Part shown: positions 1 to 15,175 of the stretch, piece by piece
Layout: every line of letters begins with the position of its first letter
Numbering within the stretch: the stretch's first letter is position 1
Source of the DNA: Octopus vulgaris
Taxonomy: Eukaryota
Length of the DNA stretch: 64,000 bases
Reading direction: 5' to 3'
Assembly: GCA_951406725.2 (NCBI GenBank)
Contig: OX597832.1
Location: 66,340,001 to 66,404,000 of the forward strand
The notes under the pieces: generated by a model
Databases searched by the model: none
Told to the model about the DNA's origin: nothing
The model's input: the letters and a program-made list of their open reading frames with translations, nothing else
Translations under genes and position numbers: made by a program

Positions 1-84
1 TCAATTTTCCTGTAACAAGTGGATTATAAGTGGATAAATCAGTGTATTGGCTTTAGAATAACCTTATTTAGCCCTTAATTATAA

Positions 85-158
<74 letters not shown>

Positions 159-339
159 CATGTATGTATGTATGTATTTATGTATGTGTGTGTGTATGAT
201 TAAATATCAGATAAATCTGTTAGGAATGTGGTAGAGTACATTATAAAGCTCGTCCACCTTCAGAATTACCCAGTGCTATCAGTAATATTATCATAAACAT
301 CCAAGTTTAAGTTTGGGCATTAGTCGTGGGTGAAAATAA

Positions 340-649
340 AATTGAAGAAACTGGAGTCAAGAAGGAGTACGGTTGGACATTTTTTTTATTATTCGCTACA
401 ATTGTTTCGGAGAAAAAGTAGTTCTCCAAGAACACAGGTTTTTGATTATGCAACTGATTGCTTGCATAATGAGATCCAGTTGTGTTTCCTCAGGCGATAT
501 ACAACATTTGTCTCCGTGGGATTAAAGTCGTCGACCTGAAGCTCATCTCCTCTGTTCGTTGTGGCTTGAATTTACGTGGAAACCATTGCAGCGAATAATA
601 ATTAAATGTTCAAATGTACCCCTTTTTCTTGACTCCAGTTTCTCCAATT
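340..649. mobile_element. Penelope-like terminal-repeat remnant: two ~70 bp arms in inverted orientation
   Basis: 340-408 (aattgaagaaactggagtcaagaag...ttattcgctacaattgtttc) is the imperfect reverse complement of 579-649 (gaaaccattgcagcgaataat...tcttgactccagtttctccaatt). Each arm carries the GAAAC half of a hammerhead core. Confidence 0.6.
393..497 (-). ncRNA. Type I hammerhead ribozyme-like motif
   Basis: Minus strand reads tcgc-CTGAGGA-(long branched stem II)-GAA-acaattgt-A-gcga. Stem I is tcgc/gcga, stem III is the palindrome ACAATTGT and the cleavage triplet is GUA. The usual G-C pair closing stem II is not evident. Confidence 0.55.
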
Positions 650-663
650 ATACACACACACAT

Positions 664-719
<56 letters not shown>

Positions 720-1124
720 GCAAATTGAGATACGGTTTGTGAGTGCAACCCACCATAGGATAACAAATATCCAATATACTGCCAGTACAGCACCCAACAA
801 AGTTAATACATAAATGTTTAGAATTGCGATGCAATTAATTCATTTATTGTTTTACCACAAATTAATAATACAAAATAAGTAAATGGAGAAATACACCTTA
901 ATCAATAATCAACTACTAGATAATACCCAATCACATAATTTATTAACCCACTACATATGAACATCAAGGTCAAATATAATAGTATAGAACAAAACAATGC
1001 ACATCAATGAGTAATATGATACAATAAGTACAATATGTATAAGTGAATATAAATAAATATATATATAAATATAAACTACATCTTACAGCTGTTTCAGCCA
1101 TGCAGATATGGGTATCTCATTATG

Positions 1125-1225
<101 letters not shown>

Positions 1226-2336
1226 CTATTTATATATATTTATATATATATATATGTACAAGTAGTTTTTTAATTTTGAGAATATTTTTACATTGGAATA
1301 TACAGAATAGCTGGAACAATGTCTAACAATTTTGACGTTGATGGAGAGAGCAGCGACGATTACGACGACAGTAATGATGGGAGTGATGACGATGATAATA
1401 ATGAGCAGGATAATGAAGGGGGAGGAAAATAACGATGAAGTTTAAGATAATGAAGATGCTGTTGCTTGCTGTATCCAAGTTGATGGAACCATTAAAGTGA
1501 ATAAAAGTGTAAAGAGATTATGGGAAACCCATCAATATTAAATCCATTTGGGATTCACTAATGTAGACACACCAATACGTGATACATTTTCTACGACGAA
1601 ACTATTGTTTCCATTTTGCTTTCCTATATTCCGGGTGCTTGCATCGTTTATATCATATTTTAAAATCCCCACCACCACAGAAACAATCATATATACTCAT
1701 GCAATATTATCCAAGAATATATATATATAAACCTAAATTTTTATATACACACACATCTATATATGCATGTCTCTCCCTCACTCTCCCTCCTCTCTCTCTG
1801 TATATATATATATATGAACTTATGCAAATATATCTACATGTTTACTCATATTCATATGAACACTGGACACATAAATGCATCGAAGAGAGATTATGTGATG
1901 CAGAGAGAGGGTGAGAGAGAGAAAGTGGTAGAAAAAGCGACATATAGAGAAGACATAAAGAGAGATGGAGCGAATGAGGGGGCAGGAGGGAATGGCGGAT
2001 GGAGAGATAGAGAGACAATATAAAGTTCTACTCCATTTAGTATATCCTCTTGTGAATTACTAGCTGGAGTTCACTAAGAGCGGAATGCCTCATCATTCAT
2101 GATGCTTTTGAAAGCAATCCAAATATTTGAGAATATAGAAACTTAACATTATCTACAGACACACAGAAAACTGATGACATACACTCATACATGCGGCGAC
2201 TTGCATTCACACCCACAGTGAATTTTACAAATTTGCACATACATCCACACCCATACACATATATACATGAATACATTTCTCTTTATATGTAAAGTATAAT
2301 AATAATAACAATAATATTAATAATAATAATAATAAT

Positions 2337-2392
<56 letters not shown>

Positions 2393-2588
2393 TAATAATG
2401 ATAATGATAATAATGGTAATAATAATATATGTATATATGTATATGTATGTATCTATCTCTATATATACATGCATATATACATATATAGATATTTATAAGT
2501 AAATATATAAATGTATCAATATATATGTATATATTATATATACTTAAATATATATATACATACATATATATAAGTGTATACATATATA

Positions 2589-2634
<46 letters not shown>

Positions 2635-2675
2635 GATACACAGTTCTGTCCACATATATGTAGCATGTAAAGATG

Positions 2676-2743
<68 letters not shown>

Positions 2744-3314
2744 TGTGTGTCTGTGTGTATATGCACATATATACTTATATACATACTTATGCATACATGT
2801 ATATACATACATGCATATGTAAATATATATATACTTTTCTATTATATAGCGTCTCCTCATCGCCTCGTCTCTAACGCATTACACGAAACATTAAGCGAAA
2901 TTTATTGTTTATCGCTTATTTCGTGGTGCGTATTTAAAAAAAATATATATAGCTATTTGTTTGCTCTTGTATATCATTTCCTTCTATCCTATTTTAGAAC
3001 ATGGAAATATCATTGTCATCTTATTCATATATTTTACACCATAATATACTAATAGCAATACTGAGATCCCAATATACATACATACACACATACACAAACA
3101 CACATATTCATACATATATATATATATATATATATCTATATCTACATATAAGTATATATGTATTCTTATATGTATATATATATGTGTGTGTATGTATGTA
3201 TATATATATATATATGTGTATGTGTGTGTGTGTATGTATATACATACATGTGTGTATGTGTGCTTGTTTGTGTGTGTGTGTATATATATATATATATTTA
3301 TATATATACATGTA

Positions 3315-3422
<108 letters not shown>

Positions 3423-3921
3423 ATGTATATGTATTTGCATATGAAACACTTTTCGTATCGAACGTTGCTATTGATTCCATTGTGGACTGTTTTCTGAGTA
3501 TAGTTCGTTGAAATGAAAAGAACACATTACAACTTTTCGCATTGACCAACAATGAAACATTTTCGTTACTATGAGGCCTTCTAGAAATAGCAGCAATTCT
3601 TTTTCATATTACAATGCATTACTTTATTTCTGGACGGACATTTTGAACATTGGCTTCTTGATATTATGGTGAATGTGTTTATCATACTTTATGTCATCTT
3701 CGGTTATATGTCAATGAAATGTGTGTTAACCTGTGATGAAATAATAGCTATAAGAAGATAAAGAACACAGGCAATTCCAACTACAAGATTAATGATAACC
3801 ATTTTCGTCTTAATTTGTAATTCGTTATATTATCATGACGCAAGTTTTGAAAGTATTGCTTGAAGAAAATGCTAATATAATAGTTTACTTTGGTCATGCT
3901 ACGAACTTACATTACTATGTA

Positions 3922-5123
3922 TTAATTTGTCAAGAAAGTTCTTGCAGAATTTTTAATGATGTATTTTCAAATTAATTTTCGTTAAATTACATTGACTTTA
4001 TATATCATTTTAAAGCCCAGTTTTCACTCTATCTACTCGTATTACTCTTTCTTTTTTCGTAATTAGACCATGTTTTCTGGAACGTTGAATACAACATGTA
4101 CAAAAAGCAAATCTCACAATTTTCTTATGCCAGTTAAAGCTAGACCGAAAAGCTGCAGAAACAGCTCGCGATAACAACGATGCGTTTGTCCCAGAAACCA
4201 CTAATGAACGTACATCACAAAGGTGGTTCAAGAAAGTCCGTAGCGGTGATGACAGTCTTGAAGATAATAAGCGTAATGGTCGGCCATCAGATGTTGACAA
4301 CGATCAACGAAGAGCCTTAGTCGAAGCCAATCCACGCTCAACTGTTCGAGAGCTTGCTTCTGAGATGGAACGCATACAATTTCCAACCACTTGAAAGAGC
4401 TTGAAAAAACAAAAATAATTAAGAAATTGGTGCCGCAAAAATTGAACGACAGCGAAAAGAAAATCGCCATTTTGAAGTGTCGTCTTCCCTTCTTTTACAC
4501 AACAAGAATGATCCATTTCTCGACCGGATTGTGACTTGCGATGAAAAGTGGATTTTTTACGACAACCGGCAACGCTTAGCTCAGTGGTGGGACGCCGACG
4601 AAGCTCCTCGGCACTTCCCAAAGCCAACGTTGCATTAAAAGAAGGTCATGGAGACTGTTTGGTGGTCTGCGACCTTAATCATCCATCACAGCTTTTTGGG
4701 TCCAGGCGAAACCATTACGGCAGACAAGTACTGTCAGCAAATGGATGAAATACATAAAAAAACTCCGACAACAGGCAGCATTGGTCAATAGAAAAGGACC
4801 AATTCTTCTCCACAACACTCGGCCGCACGTCGCACAACTGACCCTGCAGATGTTGAACGACTACCACTTTTTCAAGCATCTCGAAAACTTCCTGCGTGAG
4901 AAATGCTTCGAACACCACGCCGATGCCAAATACACCTTCAACGACTTCATCGTCACCAGAACGCAGGAATTTTACGCTACTGCATAAATAAACTTGTTAG
5001 CCAGTGGCAAATGTGTGTTGATTCTGATGATATTTATTTCGATCAATAAAGTTTTGTTCTAGCCGAGATATGTGCATCTGAATTTAAAGGTTAAAAACCT
5101 CAAAAACTGTCTTGACCACCTAA
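3922..5123 (+). mobile_element. Decayed mariner (DD34D-type) DNA transposon, ~1.2 kb
   Basis: Degenerate TIRs ttaatttgtcaagaaagttcttgc / aaaaactgtcttgaccacctaa, with TA at the left end. Frameshifted transposase from ~4096 has [37 protein letters not shown] and DYHFFKHL motifs. Confidence 0.9.
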
Positions 5124-6999
5124 TGCTACGGCTATGCTGTACAGCTTATTCTTAACATTATCCGTAATACGTAATTTGCTACGGAGTATAGGTCTCATGT
5201 TTTTGATTATAAGAATTAATGAGGTTTTACCTGTTGGTCAGTTCGCGTTCCTTCCGAGATCCAATCAATATATAATGATTGGAACCGAATAAATATTTTG
5301 ATAGTAAATTTTCGTTTGCTTGTATTTGTACATCGCTGAGCACGATTATTATAAATGCCTATTGAATAAATGATACAATACTATATTCTATACCTGGAAA
5401 AGGTAATCTATAGTTGTGTAAAGAGACTACAAGTCATCTCTCCGACTTTTATATTCATCCAACAATGATTATAACTGAAGTTGACCTTACTAGCATTGAA
5501 CTCTGAAGTTAAAAGCCATTATCAAAATATCGTTTACTGGCGATACTCTTCAATAAATTTTGACCACATCAGCAAAACGTTTGATCAAAGGTCTGCTTGA
5601 TCTGAAGAAATCTATCTAAAGTCGTTCTAGCATTTTGCTAATAGTAGTTGCGATGCTGATGTTTCGCCTCAGTTAGACATATGGGCAAAGGCGGTTTGGC
5701 TATAATCCTCCCATACCTATGACCTTGGAAACCACAACTAGATTACACAATTGATCATACTATGAGACAGTAGTGTGTGATGTGAATGAGACGTGCTTGC
5801 TAAATATGACAGATCGAGCAAGTATAGAAAAAAAGGTTCCCTCTTGGTTCCTATATGTTTTGATGTTTTGCTATGCTGCTAACATTGTATTTAGCTTTTG
5901 AAAATCTTTTCTGTAAGTCGGTGTATTCTATCAAAGACAATTTGTGTTATTGGCATTCGTTAACGGCATGCGTTGTTATATTCAACAATGTTGAATAAAG
6001 ACACGAAATTCCTTATTTCTTGTCGGTGTCAAATGTTAACTCTTAATCTCGCTTAATATCCGTTAAGGTGTTGCACAGGTCAAACAAAAATCCTGCCAGG
6101 AACGACACTGTAATTTGGGGCTCATTTGTTTACACATAGATCTATATTCATTCACCAAACTTTGCAAATGAATGTACATACCTATGTATACATGGAAGAG
6201 GGAGAAAAATTTAAAGGTAAGATAGTCATCCAATATTTCTTACTTAGGCACACTAACACACAAAATCATTAAGACGTCATATATAGTTATATATGTGGAA
6301 TATATGGGCGCTTCTTCTTGTAAATGGGTGTGTATTCTTTGGCTGTTGATTAATTCAGCTATCTAATTATCGTAATATCTTTCAGTGAAAAGAGAATGGT
6401 TCTGGGAAAAAGGCTACACAATATTCGAATATTATATCAGTAGGGTCAATATAGATGATGTGAAATGGCAAAAATATTAAATTTAATAGTCTTAGAAATA
6501 AAACAAAATGCTGCAAAGAAATAGTTTAACAAGTGATAGGCACAAGGGACAGCATTTAAATATGAATGGTGAAGCTTATTGTTTCTTACAATACGTCACT
6601 AGCAGATTAGTATGTAAATATTCAATGATAAATATTTATTTGAAGAAAGATGTCATTACGGATGCATAAAAAAGAGAAAACTGAAAGGGTTGAAATGAGT
6701 AGTGAGACGTCCACGACGACGTACTTGACAAAAGCCTCTGGGGATAGACGGTCTAAGAAGTGAATATTTTACATGTTCGAGGGCACAGATTTGCCACTGG
6801 TAACATAGGAGTGTAGATGAAGAGATTCGAAGAAACTGAAGGTGATTCAAGAGAATATATATCGGTGAACTGTCAAGAAGCGTTGTAAATTACAATGATT
6901 TAAGTTGTAGTTGAGAAAAATTTAGCTGACATGGAAGACTGGAAGCCTTATGAATATTAGAAAGAAGTTACCTATATCATGATAATTCGCGATGGGTAT

Positions 7000-7560
7000 T
7001 AAAATGCCGATATCCTGACTGCGGCTCAATACTCTGTGAAGATTGTAAAACTTGTAAGGCGTGACGTAAACAACTGCAACGGAGAGTACCAAACCGTGAC
7101 CGGGAAGAAGGGACATAGCAGTCGTTCTGACTGTGTCTGTACACCGAAATTCATCGCTTCGCTCCTGGAAGTCGCCCTCTTGCTCAAATGAAATAGCTGT
7201 ATGCATCCTTGGAGAGAGTTACACCTGGAAAGCAACAGGATTTGGCTAACAGCCATACAAATGTTAAGAACCAGAAATGTTTGTTGGAGAAATTCAACTG
7301 CTTCACCAACCCCAATTTCTGGCCTTCTATCCCCCCTCCCATTGTTATCTCATGGGTTACTATGTATGGGGTACAGTTGAGAAGTTGAGAAAGACACCAA
7401 CTGTTGTGCCAGAAATACCAAGGCCATGCTGTTGGCCAAGATTGAACAAGTGCCTGAAGATCTTCTTAGGGACACAGTCAGGAGCGCAGACGCCAGCTTC
7501 TAAAGCGGTGAAAGCTGGGGGTGGTTACAATGAGTAAACTGTTATTTCCCAGCTATAAAA
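7000..7560 (+). mobile_element. Tc1/mariner (DD37D/maT-like) transposase fragment
   Basis: Degenerate FWP...PHCYLMGYYVWGTVEK resembles WPPSSPDLNPLDYYVWG, and it is followed by AVKAGGGYNE. Boundaries are approximate. Confidence 0.6.
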
Positions 7561-8188
7561 CTGACCAAGAAAAAAATCTCTGTTGTCAAAACTTTTGGAC
7601 CTGAACTGAGTGACTTTTAATACACATAATCCGAATAGGACAGCCATCTGTTACCATCATCACAAGAATTTATGATCCATGATCCAGAGTATTTCAATCA
7701 TTTTTTCTATAAAGCAGCTGATGAGAAACAAGGAATAAGAAACAAATATACACAGCTACTGTTTTTTTTTTTTTGCTTCAAAACCTGAATGTTTTCTTAA
7801 AGTTCTACCTAATAAAACCCTTTAAACTCCTAGACAAAGTACATCATTGTTTAGGTTCATTATCAAATAATTTGAACTTCGATGATTTTCTTTAATGCTG
7901 AACACAGGAAGATTATCAGGTTTCAGCACTAGTTCACCATCATATGCAAGTTCTTTGATACATTTGTCCCCCCACCTGCTCGTAAACTGCATCACAAATA
8001 TTTTAGGGGAATTTATCAATGTGCCTCTGATACTATACAGATATACACTCAAGTTTTGAAAATTCTCCAGGAACTTTTGATTATTTCGGTATAACAGTCT
8101 ACTCTTGTCCAGGAAGTCATTTAAATGAATGACCTTTGCCTAATGACTGAAAGAAATACAAAAGATAAGAAAAGGAATATATACTCAC

Positions 8189-8223
<35 letters not shown>

Positions 8224-8682
8224 CAAAGTCATAAATGTTAGAATAGTTTGACGAAAATTTATTTAACTGTTAAACAATTTTTAATATCAGGACAAATTGT
8301 TTCGTAATTTATATGCATGTGAATGAGTTATATTATTATATTGAATAAAGAAAAAAATTATTTAGATGTTTGCATTAATGAAAAATGGTAAAAATCCTTC
8401 AAAATGATGCACATTTTCAGCTATGTCCTGAGGTGAAAGAAATCTGTGTTAAATATTAAATTCTGGAAGTGACGTTACAGGAGAGCAAAGACAAAATTTC
8501 AAAACATTATCGAAGATAATGATAAAATATCAAAATTCATACGAGGAGTTTCTCGTAAACAGATGGGAATTTTAGTTATATTATTAAAAAGTTACTGCTA
8601 GATGTTAATAGTACAATAAAAGAAAAGAGATATATTTATTACTTTGAATCTAGATAAAAAAGATCGTAAGCATAGAGATAAA

Positions 8683-9649
<967 letters not shown>

Positions 9650-10409
9650 AATAATAATAATAATAATAGCTTGATTGTGCCAAGACGCCAGACGTGTTGA
9701 AAATCACTGTTTGGGATGCTCTCAGCATATGAAGCTAATAGTAGCATGTAAATATTCTGTATACCACACACCCACCCACACACACAAACACATAGCGGTA
9801 TGAACTAAATTTTCATTCACATATTTGCATTCCAAAAATTTAACATAAATCAACTGTCGTAAAAATCTCGTACGCTGACCTCACATTTTCTATGTATGTG
9901 TGCGTAACTTAAAAACATCAATCATCACGACACACACCTTCACTCACTCACGCTATCTCTCTTTTTCACCCCCTTTCTCTCTTACATATACACGCTGAAG
10001 CACGCACGCACACACATACACAGACTCACAGTCCATTTCATATATCTTCTTTCAATTTCTGCTTTCTGCCAATAAAAGTTTTACGGATACAACTGCTTAC
10101 AAAAATAGGGATAACTGTATAATTCTTTCTATGTTCATAATTATATCATTATTATAATGAGTAGACAAAAGTCCAATAGAATAGTTCTCAGAAACAGATT
10201 ACATACAAATTCGTTCTTCACAACTCCTGAAGCTGTTTTCTGACAAGAGGGTAGTGTCAGGAAATTTTCATACAGCTGGAGGCTCCAATCGAAACAGGAG
10301 ACCCGAAATGATAAGGTTGAGAAACGCTGTTATAGATTTTGGCTAACTGAAAACAATCACAGCCACATCATCCAAACAGACCGATTGAAACCGGGCTTAG
10401 CTGCTAGTA

Positions 10410-10508
<99 letters not shown>

Positions 10509-10559
10509 GTATGCATGTGTGTGTATATATATATATGCACACACTCACGCAAATAGATC

Positions 10560-10730
10560 GGTAGCCACTACACACAATTTTTTTCTCTCCTTGTTTTTAT
10601 TTCTGTGTCCCTTTCTGTAGAAGAGCGTAGGCTCGAAACGTAAAATACTTTTTCTATTCCTGAGCGTTATAGTAATACATCTGTTTGTACACCACCTGTC
10701 TTCGTCTTTTGTTTTTTCATGAACTCCCTA
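10560..10730 (+). mobile_element. Short PLE-type repeat with variant hammerhead-like core; related copy at 48765-48895
   Basis: cttt-ctgtagaa-gagc gtag gctc-gaaacgt-a-aaat at 10611-10646. The downstream ctgagc...taatacat...acctgtcttcgtctttt is shared with 48820-48880. Confidence 0.55.
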
Positions 10731-10757
10731 CATACATACATACATACATATATATAC

Positions 10758-10854
<97 letters not shown>

Positions 10855-11296
10855 TATACATATATGCATATATATATACATATACATACTTGGATGCAAG
10901 ATGTTGCTGCTTCAGAATAAAATTACTAATCAATCGGTAATGATAAAATCAAGTATTCAAATCAGTTTTAATGGTTAAAGCATACTTAATCATTAATACA
11001 ATCAGAATCCATAAAGGAAAATGGCTGTTTAAATGTAATTTATTTTTTCAAACACTGGTCTAAAATTAATGAGAGTTTCCTTATTGATCCTTATCATGAT
11101 CAATGCTGTTTCAATAGGTTTACTTATCAATCATGTAAATTTAAATGATAAAAACATGAACAGCGAACTTTTGTTAATTTCCCACACAATTTATTTCGAA
11201 TATTTATATTACTGGCCACTATATGTATATATATGCATATATATATATATATATATATACATATGTATGCATATATATATATACACATATGTATGC

Positions 11297-11342
<46 letters not shown>

Positions 11343-11432
11343 ATACATATATATAAGCACATATATACATTTATTTATATACTTATCTATATATTTATAT
11401 GTATGTATTTATAAATATATGCGCATAGACAC

Positions 11433-11584
<152 letters not shown>

Positions 11585-12024
11585 TGAAGACACTTGATTA
11601 TGTAATCTATTAACTGTGTGACTATGCAATTCTGAAACTTAAATATCTGTGCAATTCTTTGAATATTTTAATTGTTATATTCGTATTAACTATCGATCAT
11701 CGTAGTATTGAATATATTGATTTCTGAGTTAATTATGAATCTGCAAATGTAATGAATTTTAATGATATTTCGCAGTAACACAATTCTCGGGCGATTTAGA
11801 AATACAACAGCCACGCTGCATATGTTTATATGAGCCTTTATATATATATATACATGTATATCTTTGTAAGTACATTATATGTACCTATATCTATATCTAT
11901 TTTTCTATATCAGCAACAACAACGACAACACAAACAACTATAATACTAACAATAATAATGATCAATACGAAATGGCGTAGCATCACCAATAATTCTTCAT
12001 ATTTATATATATACATTTTTACAT

Positions 12025-12112
12025 AGACCTACACATGTTTCGAAGGCACCGATATTAACCGTTGCAGTTACAACCCCGCGCCCATAATACCGGTTGAGTC
12101 TCTTCAGGGTCT
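12025..12112 (-). ncRNA. Type I hammerhead ribozyme with canonical core at the 3' end of a PLE
   Basis: Minus strand reads agacc-CTGAAGA-ga..accggtatta...taatatcggt..tc-GAAA-c atgt gt-A-ggtct. It has a perfect 5 bp stem I, an extended stem II and a GUA cleavage triplet. Confidence 0.75.
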
Positions 12113-12720
12113 TTAGTTAATATTTTTCGATTTAACTATTAAAAGTTTTTCGTTTATCTACTCTGTGTTATATGATGTTCGTTAAATTAGGCGCGAAAAA
12201 TCTTCAGTTCAAGTTTAGATTGGATAATCACTCCTCGTCCATTATTTCAAAACATTCTGCTGTTTAAATGTTTCTTATTCATTTATACTGGGCGAATGTA
12301 AATTTCTTCATGTGCAAGCATCTCAAAGCTTGTTCCTCCGTAAAATTCATTGCATCACCCTTAAATGCAAACACCTGGTAAAATTCTTGTAAACATGAAT
12401 CACATTTTTAGTTCCAGGCCTGTATGATTTTGCGTTACAAATTAATTCCCGATTCACTGTATAGGCTTTGTTTCTGTCTTTAATAGAGAAGATTGATTTA
12501 TTAAGATATGTTCGGAATCTTTTATTTTCATCTCTAATGAACCAGTCTCCACTTGAAAATTAATGAAAATTAATAAAAGTATTCATTACCTTCAGATGTA
12601 ACTTAACATTTACATATCACATTTCTAGTCGTACATTTAGTTTTCATTCAACAGGATTCCCGTTTAGAAGAATTGCGAATACAAGTTTTTAATATTTTTC
12701 TCAGATTTAGTTTCAATTTG
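12025..12720 (-). pseudogene. Penelope-like element 3' portion (GIY-YIG endonuclease region, Neptune-like C-terminus), decayed
   Basis: Manual translation across stops gives KTCIRNSSKRESC*MKTKCTTRNVICKC*VT..EYF, then IRDENKRFRTYLNKSIFSIKDRNKAYTVNRELICNAKSYRPGTK..CLQEF...RCLHMKKF. This matches the CxC..C..C..NVIY / LSKYIW.LK...W.I...Y....C.LC..EK...CRH pattern of PLE endonucleases. A hammerhead follows it. Confidence 0.7.
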
Positions 12721-13455
12721 ATAAATTCATGGTGGAATCAAATTTATTTCCAGCAAGTACTTTATCACTATTTGATAACTTTACCTTTGTTCTATTTCGA
12801 GCTGAACTTAAATTTGATTTAACGTTTTTAACTATGTTAATTTGGGCTGTTTCCCTTTTAGCAACTTTTAAATTCTTAGCGTTCTCTACTATCTCAGTTC
12901 TTTGTTTCATTTCGCTTGACATTATTGCGCTTAGTATTTACTATGCTACTCTGATTATTATAGTCACTAAATGTAATTGTACGTGCCGAAGTTCCTAAAT
13001 TTCTAGAAATAAATGTTATATACATAGTTCCCAGATGAGATCCAGATATATTCGGCATAGACGACACCAGTGCTTAAAAAGTTTTAAACTTAGATTCCGT
13101 TGTCATTACAAGGAATCATTCCACAAAGTAAAGAAAGTCTATAAGAGGGATCAGGTAGAGCGTGTTTAGAAGGAATTATGGGGATAATTAAATGCGACAC
13201 ATCAAATATATTAAATATATTAAATACATCAAATACGAAATGTGTATACATGCAAAAAGAAAGGAAGCAAAAAGTGGAAATATTCAGAAGAGGAAATATG
13301 AATTTATATGTATATGAATATATGTATATATATATGCATATATATACACACACACACACTTATATATATATATATATATACAATATATTCAAATAAGTTC
13401 AACTTAGAATACAAATGACAGAGAAATTGAAAGGGGTGGAATAAAGGTATTAGAA

Positions 13456-13486
13456 ATCGAACAGCTGTTTCTAGGTGCTCAGCGAT
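13456..13486 (-). ncRNA. Minimal degenerate hammerhead-like motif at the edge of a probable PLE remnant (13.45-14.2 kb)
   Basis: Minus strand reads atcg-CTGAGCA-ccta-GAA-acagctgt-T-cgat, with palindromic stem III. G8 of the core is changed to C. Confidence 0.4.
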
Positions 13487-15175
13487 CCATAATAATGTTG
13501 TCAAATTAAGGGCATCACAAAATAATGCCCTATGCGTTTAAGATAGCAGGAGAAGAGATGATCTTAATGCAGAGAAGTTCAATTATGGAATGATTAAATG
13601 TGGAGCACTAAGTCCATTAGAGTGAGACCGTGGGGCATTAAGACAGGGAGTGATGATAGGAGAAAATATAGGTGAAGAAGAGTGATGGGTTAATAACGAA
13701 GTTAGTAAGAGAGTATTAATAGAGGCGTGGAGTAGGAAAGTAAATAGGAGGGTGGAGTGGATGGTACACGATTGGCAGTCATGAAAGCTTTAGAATTATT
13801 GGTTGAGATAATGGTAAAAGGAATGGCAATTATTTGAGTGAAGGAATGTGTCAAGTTCAGAGGGAGAGGGAGATTGCTATGGTATGTAGAAAGGTATGAG
13901 AGAAGATAGAAGTGGTGAACAGAGTGGTGGGGTGAGTTGGTGGTCAAGGTAGCAGTGATTAGTGGCATAATATGTGGGCTGGTATTGGAGGGGGAGTAGA
14001 GGGGTATGCAAAGGTGTATGAAATTGAACAGACAGAATTGAATCGGAATAGGAGAGGGGTTGACAGGTTAATATCGAAATGAATTGGGTAGCATAAAGTG
14101 CTTTTGGTTCAGGAGAAGAAATGAGAGGAGGCCACTTGTGAGGGTGGGGAGGCTATGAGGGAGGTGGGATGTAATGGGGCAGAGGAATTTGCAAATGTGT
14201 CAATGAGAAAGAATATTTTTACTAGGAAAATGTATTATTTGAGGTAGTAAGTTGCTTGGCTGACCTTGTCATACCTCGAGGTTAATTTTGGGATTACATA
14301 GATTTAATAATGTGCGCAAGTGGTGTGATTTGATTTGATTTTTTTGTTTCAGCTCATGAGCTGTGGCCATGCTGGGGCACCGCCATTTTGCTGGGGCACC
14401 GCCATTTGTGTGTAGTATTTCTTTGAAAATTGGCTGTTCACACCATTGCGATCTTACTCTCATACAAATAAAGACACCTACGTACATTTATTTAAGTATA
14501 CATTTAATGTAGGAATAATAAAAGTATACACTTTTTTCTGTTGACAAAAAGAGGAAACATTGACATATTCGTCAATACATGTTAATGCTACTTTTAACTT
14601 GTTTTTACCCAGTCATCTTTTATTTAATCTTTCTGGGGAAACAGGCTACGGTGTGTTTGAATCTTGTGTAATTATCGAATCATTCCGTATTTGATGATTA
14701 TCAATCGATATTATATTCACGAGTTGATCGTTGACCATTTTTTGATAGACTTTGAAATACAATTAAGAATTTTACTTCGTCGCAATCACTTTCAATTTAC
14801 AAACAGTATAAATTGAGCCGTAGAGATTTAAATTCTGGATAAGGAAAATGAATCACTGCTTTTTATCCGCTTGTATCAATTAACCTAATCTTTGCAAACG
14901 AGCAAATGAGCATCACTTATCCTGCTTGGAGTTACACCCAAATATCCTTCAAAAGAAACCATACTCTATTCGATAAAAAAGAAAATATATTGTTTTATCA
15001 TGCATAACCAGATACATACACACACAAACGCTCAGATTGATAAAGAAAGAAATTATCATATCAGAAGCACATTTGATCCTAAATATTTTCTATAAAGGCT
15101 TTTATTGGAATAAAAAAAACAAAACATCTGTAACTGCGAAGTACTATGTAATGATTAACGGATGTTCATATTACA

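Noticed and set aside
7822-8052. ORF with faint GIY-YIG-like spacing
   Set aside because: Key residues are not conserved, so it is too weak to call.
10178-10328. hAT-like MITE end (aggttgagaaacgctg)
   Set aside because: The matching left TIR and an 8 bp TSD could not be established.
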